A stretch of 64,000 bases of DNA from Bacillaceae bacterium (GTDB taxonomy: Bacteria > Bacillota > Bacilli > Bacillales > Cytobacillaceae). The stretch is taken from assembly GCA_041640555.1 (NCBI GenBank), contig JBEQAB010000016.1, forward strand, positions 1,224 to 65,223. The letters run 5' to 3'. Every line of letters starts with the position of its first letter. Positions within the stretch are counted from its first letter, which is position 1. Position numbers and translations under genes: made by a program. Below the pieces are notes generated by a model. That model did not search any database. It saw only the letters and a list, made by a program, of their open reading frames with translations, and was not told where the DNA came from. Below, piece after piece: positions 59,562-64,000 of the stretch.

Positions 59562-60815
59562 TTATTCTTGAAAGGTTTGAGTGACTTTCACTTGGGTCCC
59601 AGGATAATAGTGTCCAATAATTTCTTTGTAGGTTTTCCCCTCTTCTGCCATTTCATTTGCCCCCCATTGACTCATACCAACACCATGACCATGGCCTTTG
59701 CCACTTACTTTATAAGAAGTTGGATTGATTTCAAACGAACTTATTAAATAACTTCTAAAATGCCCCCCACCAATCATTGGACGTATTTTTTTTAATTCAA
59801 CATGATCCAATGAGACTCTTTCGAATAAAATAGTGCCATCAATCAACCTTCTCATAAATTCAATTTGGATTGAGCCTATCATCGATCTATGTGACTCATT
59901 TTTAACTTTATCGATTTCAAAAAAAGGAATACTTAAAATTTTTATGTCACCATCATATCCACTTCGATTAAGCCATTTTTTAATAGAGTCGGTAATTTTA
60001 CGATCGTTCTCTTTTAACTCGTTCCATTCCTTCGATTGAATTTCATCCAAATCTATTTGTGTTTTTTGTAATGAAAAATCCCAGGGTTGAATAGGATCAA
60101 ACGGATCTGGTTTGATTGGAAAATAGGGGCTTGGATTGCCACCCCATACATTTTTATTACTCTCTGTAATCCCACCATTACTTGCGGAATAAAAAGCGCT
60201 TATGGGCTTATTTTGAAAGGTAATGATTTCTCCTTTAGTATCAATTACAGCCCTCTTTGTATTACTAAATTCATTGTATCCTCCGTAAACTTGATATTGG
60301 ATGGTGTCGTCAAGTTCGGGAGTCTTATGGGTAATTGTATACGTACGAGCAGCTAATGTTTGTGCTTTTAAAGCCTCTATATTCCATTCAGGAAACACTT
60401 CAAATGGAACAACACCCTTTAAGTAATCCTCTAATAGTATCTGATTAACAGGTCTAATGTGTTTTCCTTCTAGATCGAACTCTACCGCTCCCATATACGG
60501 TCTTCCATCAATGTATATTAGATGCTCTTCATCGTAGGTATCAGGAAATAAAACGAACGGGCTACCAATTTCCGTTTTTGCCTTACCGCAACCAAGAAAC
60601 ATTTTGCCACCTTTAAACGAAAGTGTATATTCCTCCCCTTCATTTAACACCAATGCTGGATCTAACGTTGAATAATTACCTTTTATGTAAAATGGTATTT
60701 TAGAGGTATCTCCAATATAATTTCGTAATCTCACAGAGATCATCTCTTCCGCTTGCACTTCACTTGTGAAAGCGAGTAAAACGAATATGAAAATCGATAA
60801 GATTAAAGTTTTCAT
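59562..60815 (-). CDS. SpoIID/LytB-domain protein
   Basis: LEDYLKGVVP.E...EALKAQTLAARTY and GHGHGVGMSQWGA motifs. ATG 60815 gives a signal peptide MKTLILSIFIFVLLAFTSEVQA, but its RBS is weak. Confidence 0.75.
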   Translation of the reverse strand: MKTLILSIFIFVLLAFTSEVQAEEMISVRLRNYIGDTSKIPFYIKGNYSTLDPALVLNEGEEYTLSFKGGKMFLGCGKAKTEIGSPFVLFPDTYDEEHLIYIDGRPYMGAVEFDLEGKHIRPVNQILLEDYLKGVVPFEVFPEWNIEALKAQTLAARTYTITHKTPELDDTIQYQVYGGYNEFSNTKRAVIDTKGEIITFQNKPISAFYSASNGGITESNKNVWGGNPSPYFPIKPDPFDPIQPWDFSLQKTQIDLDEIQSKEWNELKENDRKITDSIKKWLNRSGYDGDIKILSIPFFEIDKVKNESHRSMIGSIQIEFMRRLIDGTILFERVSLDHVELKKIRPMIGGGHFRSYLISSFEINPTSYKVSGKGHGHGVGMSQWGANEMAEEGKTYKEIIGHYYPGTQVKVTQTFQE

Positions 60816-60870
60816 AACCCTATTATTTATTATGGGTTTACTGATTATTCCTGAAGCTTTATTCCAACTC

Positions 60871-61260
60871 TTATAATTCTGTTTGATTAACGTTAAGTTC
60901 AATCAAATTACCATCTGGGTCAGCACAGAAAATTTGTGCGAATCCACTTTTTCCGTAGGGTTTTTCAAGAATTTCCACTTCATTTTGTTTTAACCATGTA
61001 AGCGCATCATAATAGTTCTCTACTCTCAGAGCAAAGTGACCTTCTCTGCTGGATAAGCTTTTATCCTGACGAATCGTCTGTGAAGAAGGATCAACGATCA
61101 AGTGGAGTTGCTGTCCCTCTATTTCATACCAGGCACCTGAAAAATCAAAATCTGGACGTGGTATTTCATTTAAACATAATACATTCCCATAGAAATCTTT
61201 TGCTCTTTCCAAATCTGTAACTGTAAGACTTACATGATGGAGACTTTTATATTTAATCAA
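60871..61260 (-). CDS. VOC-family (glyoxalase/bleomycin-resistance/dioxygenase) protein
   Basis: About 129 aa; LHHVSLTVTDLERAKDFY motif. Start ambiguous: TTG 61260, 8 nt after AGGAG, or GTG 61269. Confidence 0.7.
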   Translation of the reverse strand: MIKYKSLHHVSLTVTDLERAKDFYGNVLCLNEIPRPDFDFSGAWYEIEGQQLHLIVDPSSQTIRQDKSLSSREGHFALRVENYYDALTWLKQNEVEILEKPYGKSGFAQIFCADPDGNLIELNVNQTEL

Positions 61261-61392
61261 AATGTACACTCCTTTCTATTCTTCTCTTATTTGTATCTTA
61301 CTCAAAAAACCTCCTATGTGGAAGTGGCCTCCCACCCTCTACTCTTTAAGTTTAACTGAAAAGCCCAAGGGTTAACATTTTCTTAAAAGATA

Positions 61393-61442
61393 AAAAAACA
61401 TAACAAAAAAACGCCTGATAGCGTTTTTTTGTTATGTTTTTA
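61393..61442. terminator. long perfect hairpin terminating the tRNA operon
   Basis: AAAAAACATAACAAAAAAACGC-ctgata-GCGTTTTTTTGTTATGTTTTTT. Confidence 0.85.
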
Positions 61443-61449
61443 TTTTTTA

Positions 61450-61523
61450 CGCGCCTTAGAGGATTCGAACCTCTGACCGTACGCTTAGAAGGCGTATGCT
61501 CTATCCAGCTGAGCTAAAGGCGC
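61450..61523 (-). tRNA. tRNA-Arg(TCT)
   Basis: Cloverleaf read by hand: GCGCCTT acceptor, anticodon loop CTTCTAA, GGTTCGAATCC T-arm; CCA not encoded. Confidence 0.9.
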
Positions 61524-61533
61524 ATCTATATAG

Positions 61534-61624
61534 TGGCGGAGAAGGAGGGATTTGAACCCTCGCGCCGGTTACCCGACCTACACCCTTAGCAGGGGCGCCT
61601 CTTCAGCCTCTTGAGTACTTCCCC
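61534..61624 (-). tRNA. tRNA-Ser(GCT)
   Basis: Anticodon loop CTGCTAA, long variable arm, encoded CCA. Confidence 0.9.
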
Positions 61625-61637
61625 ATAGACATAAAAA

Positions 61638-61712
61638 TGGCTCCGCAGGTAGGACTCGAACCTACGACCGATCGGTTAACAGCCGATTGCTCTACCACTG
61701 AGCTACTGCGGA
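61638..61712 (-). tRNA. tRNA-Asn(GTT)
   Basis: TCCGCAG acceptor, loop CTGTTAA, CCA encoded. Confidence 0.9.
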
Positions 61713-61745
61713 ACATTGAAGAATTATTTTAATAGGGTAAAAACA

Positions 61746-61822
<77 letters not shown>

Positions 61823-61827
61823 CTATT

Positions 61828-61901
61828 TGGAGCGGGTGATGAGAATCGAACTCACGACATCAGCTTGGAAGGCTGAGGTTTTACCATTAAACTACACCCG
61901 C
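61828..61901 (-). tRNA. tRNA-Gly(TCC)
   Basis: GCGGGTG acceptor, loop CTTCCAA, CCA encoded. Confidence 0.9.
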
Positions 61902-61912
61902 AAATATAAAAT

Positions 61913-61986
<74 letters not shown>

Positions 61987-61990
61987 ATAA

Positions 61991-62062
61991 CTGGGCTAGC
62001 TGGATTCGAACCAACGCATGACGGAGTCAAAGTCCGTTGCCTTACCGCTTGGCTATAGCCCA
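61991..62062 (-). tRNA. tRNA-Gln(TTG)
   Basis: TGGGCTA acceptor, loop CTTTGAC; CCA not encoded. Confidence 0.9.
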
Positions 62063-62081
62063 ATGAAAAAATTATAAATAA

Positions 62082-62158
62082 TGGGGCGACTGATGGGAAT
62101 CGAACCCACGAATGTCGGAACCACAATCCGATGCGTTAACCACTTCGCCACAACCGCC
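62082..62158 (-). tRNA. tRNA-His(GTG)
   Basis: Extra G-1, loop ATTGTGG, CCA encoded. Confidence 0.9.
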
Positions 62159-62162
62159 ATAA

Positions 62163-62246
62163 TGGTGGAGGGGGACGGATTCGAACCGCCGAACCCAAGG
62201 GAGCGGATTTACAGTCCGCCGCGTTTAGCCACTTCGCTACCCCTCC
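62163..62246 (-). tRNA. tRNA-Tyr(GTA)
   Basis: GGAGGGG acceptor, loop CTGTAAA, long variable arm, CCA encoded. Confidence 0.9.
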
Positions 62247-62276
62247 ATATAGAAATTATATGAACATTAAAATGAA

Positions 62277-62352
62277 TGGTGGCTCAGGACGGATTCGAAC
62301 CGCCGACACAAGGATTTTCAGTCCTTTGCTCTACCGACTGAGCTACTGAGCC
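62277..62352 (-). tRNA. tRNA-Phe(GAA)
   Basis: GGCTCAG acceptor, loop CTGAAAA, CCA encoded. Confidence 0.9.
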
Positions 62353-62449
62353 ATATTTATTATAGTACCCTAGATACAGTTTTGCTTCGTCCTTCGTCCC
62401 GATTTTCAAATCGGTACGCTGGGTGCAATTTCTGTGAAGCTTATTCATC

Positions 62450-62476
62450 GTGCTCTACCGACTGAGCTACTGAGCC
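62450..62476 (-). pseudogene. tRNA-Phe 5' fragment (acceptor + D-arm), copy 1
   Basis: GGCTCAGTAGCTCAGTCGGTAGAGCAC is identical to nt 1-26 of the intact gene, then diverges into GATGAATAAGCTT. Confidence 0.85.
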
Positions 62477-62573
62477 ACAAATATTATTATACCCTAGATA
62501 CAATTTTGCTTCCTCCTTCGTCCCGATTTTTCAAATCGATACGCTGGATGCAATTCTAAGAAGCTTATTCATC

Positions 62574-62600
62574 GTGCTCTACCAACTGATCTACTGATAC
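62574..62600 (-). pseudogene. tRNA-Phe 5' fragment, copy 2 (degenerate)
   Basis: GTATCAGTAGATCAGTTGGTAGAGCAC, about 5 substitutions relative to copy 1. Confidence 0.8.
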
Positions 62601-62608
62601 ACATAAAA

Positions 62609-62684
62609 TGGCGGTCCCGACCGGGATCGAACCGGCGATCTCCTGCGTGACAGGCAGGCATGTTAACCGCTACACCACGGGACC
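62609..62684 (-). tRNA. tRNA-Asp(GTC)
   Basis: GGTCCCG acceptor, loop CTGTCAC, CCA encoded. Confidence 0.9.
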
Positions 62685-62717
62685 AAAAATTTTTCAATTT
62701 TATTTGAAAAATTTAGA

Positions 62718-62791
<74 letters not shown>

Positions 62792-62829
62792 ACGATATTA
62801 TAAGAAAAAGCTATATTGCATTTAAAAAA

Positions 62830-62922
62830 TGGAGGAGGTAGAGGGATTCGAACCCCCGCGCGGTTTGACCCGCCTGTCGGTTTTCAAGACCGATCCCTTC
62901 AGCCGGACTTGGGTATACCTCC
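62830..62922 (-). tRNA. tRNA-Ser(TGA)
   Basis: GGAGGTA acceptor, loop CTTGAAA, long variable arm, CCA encoded. Confidence 0.9.
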
Positions 62923-62929
62923 GTATCTT

Positions 62930-63006
62930 TGGTAGCGGCGGAGGGGATCGAACCCCCGACCTCACGGGTATGAACCGTACGCTCTAGCCAGCTGAGCTAC
63001 ACCGCC
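62930..63006 (-). tRNA. elongator tRNA-Met(CAT)
   Basis: GGCGGTG acceptor, loop TTCATAC; resembles the B. subtilis elongator Met rather than the Ile2 lysidine tRNA; CCA encoded. Confidence 0.8.
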
Positions 63007-63094
63007 AAAAATAATTCATTAAATTTGTAAAACACATGTTCTTGAATTTAATGAAGATTTTTTCACTACACTACGTTCCGTGAAAAAATCTAAG

Positions 63095-63167
63095 TGGAGC
63101 CTAGCGGGATCGAACCGCTGACCTCCTGCGTGCAAGGCAGGCGCTCTCCCAGCTGAGCTAAGGCCCC
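63095..63167 (-). tRNA. tRNA-Ala(TGC)
   Basis: G3:U70 pair, loop CTTGCAC; CCA not encoded. Confidence 0.9.
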
Positions 63168-63181
63168 ATAATAAAGTTAGA

Positions 63182-63258
63182 TGGTCGGGAAGACAGGATT
63201 CGAACCTGCGACCCCTTGGTCCCAAACCAAGTGCTCTACCAAGCTGAGCTACTCCCCG
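63182..63258 (-). tRNA. tRNA-Pro(TGG)
   Basis: CGGGGAG acceptor, loop TTTGGGA, CCA encoded. Confidence 0.9.
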
Positions 63259-63271
63259 ATTAAAGCTAATA

Positions 63272-63348
<77 letters not shown>

Positions 63349-63459
63349 ATTATTTTTCACTTTGATGTCAAAGTGATAAGGATAGCTATTTTGCTTCGCA
63401 AAAGCTTTGGATATTTTACTTCGTATAAAATGGAACCTATTTTGCTTTGCAAAAAGCTT

Positions 63460-63548
63460 TGGTGCCGAGGACCGGAATCGAACCGGTACGGTAGTCACCT
63501 ACCGCAGGATTTTAAGTCCTGTGCGTCTGCCAGTTCCGCCACCCCGGC
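63460..63548 (-). tRNA. tRNA-Leu(TAA)
   Basis: GCCGGGG acceptor, loop CTTAAAA, long variable arm, CCA encoded. Confidence 0.9.
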
Positions 63549-63560
63549 AAAAGAAGTTCT

Positions 63561-63635
63561 TGGAGCGGAAGACGGGATTCGAACCCGCGACCCCAACCTT
63601 GGCAAGGTTGTATTCTACCACTGAACTACTTCCGC
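63561..63635 (-). tRNA. tRNA-Gly(GCC)
   Basis: GCGGAAG acceptor, loop TTGCCAA, CCA encoded. Confidence 0.9.
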
Positions 63636-63668
63636 AAATGAAAAATTGTTTTCCTAGAGAAAAAACTT

Positions 63669-63753
63669 TGGTGCGGGTGAAGGGAGTCGAACCCCCACGC
63701 CTTGCGGCGCTAGATCCTAAGTCTAGTGCGTCTGCCAATTCCGCCACACCCGC
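63669..63753 (-). tRNA. tRNA-Leu(TAG)
   Basis: GCGGGTG acceptor, loop CTTAGGA, long variable arm, CCA encoded. Confidence 0.9.
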
Positions 63754-63789
63754 AAAAATAATAAGTTATTTTGCTAAAGCAAAAAACTT

Positions 63790-63865
63790 TGGTGAGCCAT
63801 GAAGGACTCGAACCTTCGACCCTCTGATTAAAAGTCAGATGCTCTACCGACTGAGCTAATGGCTC
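63790..63865 (-). tRNA. tRNA-Lys(TTT)
   Basis: GAGCCAT acceptor, loop CTTTTAA, CCA encoded. Confidence 0.9.
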
Positions 63866-63874
63866 GGTATAAAG

Positions 63875-63950
<76 letters not shown>

Positions 63951-64000
63951 TTATTAGGAAGACCATTTTTCACTTTCGTGACATTAAGGATGAATATTTT

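Larger units (their letters stand above)
62353..62600 (-). repeat. two tandem 124-bp repeats, each a spacer plus the first 27 nt of tRNA-Phe
   Basis: 62353-62476 and 62477-62600 align colinearly, roughly 85-90% identical by eye. Each ends (minus-strand 5' side) in a GGCTCAGTAGCTCAGTCGGTAGAGCAC-type segment. Confidence 0.9.

Noticed and set aside
62353-62370. TATAAT hexamers before tRNA-Phe and its fragments as confirmed internal promoters
   Set aside because: The -10 hexamer is good, but the best -35 candidates (AGCAAA or AAGCAA at 17-18 bp) are poor. I kept this as a hypothesis within the finding and did not list it as a feature.
62353-62600. tRNA-Phe fragments as attL/attR scars of an integrated mobile element
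   Set aside because: Integrase-mediated insertion normally duplicates the 3' part of a tRNA and leaves cargo between the copies. Here the 5' part is duplicated, the copies are only 97 nt apart, and there is no integrase anywhere nearby. Tandem duplication is the simpler explanation.

Overview
Low-GC Bacillaceae-type chromosomal segment, judged from Bacillus-like RBSs, rho-independent terminators and spore-coat genes. Most genes are on the minus strand. Contents, left to right:
- A truncated aldo/keto reductase.
- A sigma-54 (SigL-type) regulon with three perfect TGGCAC-N5-TTGCA promoters. Each is preceded by a shared TTATGCAAAATT-N7/8-TTATGCA upstream element. They drive nhaC, an aldehyde-DH/patA/gabT/gabD putrescine-GABA-to-succinate operon, and a glutamate dehydrogenase operon. 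The PAS/AAA+ activator is encoded between them.
- Two membrane proteins and an MHYT-(degenerate GGDEF)-EAL protein.
- Small and sporulation-type genes: PAP2 phosphatase, a cupin coat-like protein, a rhodanese.
- An ~800-bp array of ~15 tandem 52/53-bp repeats (19.68-20.48 kb) between convergent genes.
- A CotF-family spore-coat cluster with B. subtilis yraD/yraE and yraG/yraF/adhB-like layout.
- A ~21-kb carbohydrate island. It holds an ABC transporter plus a GDE-type glycosidase under a LacI repressor with TCCGAAACGTTTCGGA operators. It also holds a 1260-aa secreted multidomain GH32, a fructokinase, a cytoplasmic GH32 and an LplABC-type transporter. A YesM/YesN-type two-component system with a membrane-anchored binding protein completes it.
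- A PepSY/YtkA-like pair, a Cof phosphatase, a YibE/F pair, a WG-repeat protein and a cupin.
- An S-box (SAM-I) riboswitch in front of a ribose-type ABC importer.
- A cold-shock protein, a DNA-alkylation-repair protein, a YdeI-CDGSH fusion, two VOC proteins and a SpoIID/LytB protein.
- The distal 22 genes of a large tRNA operon (Thr ... Arg). It contains two tandem 124-bp duplications carrying 5' fragments of tRNA-Phe.

I saw no CRISPR array, transposase, integrase, phage gene, or recognisable defence or toxin-antitoxin system. The most unusual items are the 52/53-bp repeat array, the shared sigma-54 enhancer architecture, the S-box/sugar-type transporter pairing and the tRNA-Phe fragment duplications. 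All protein calls rest on motif and family recognition by eye, not on database searches.
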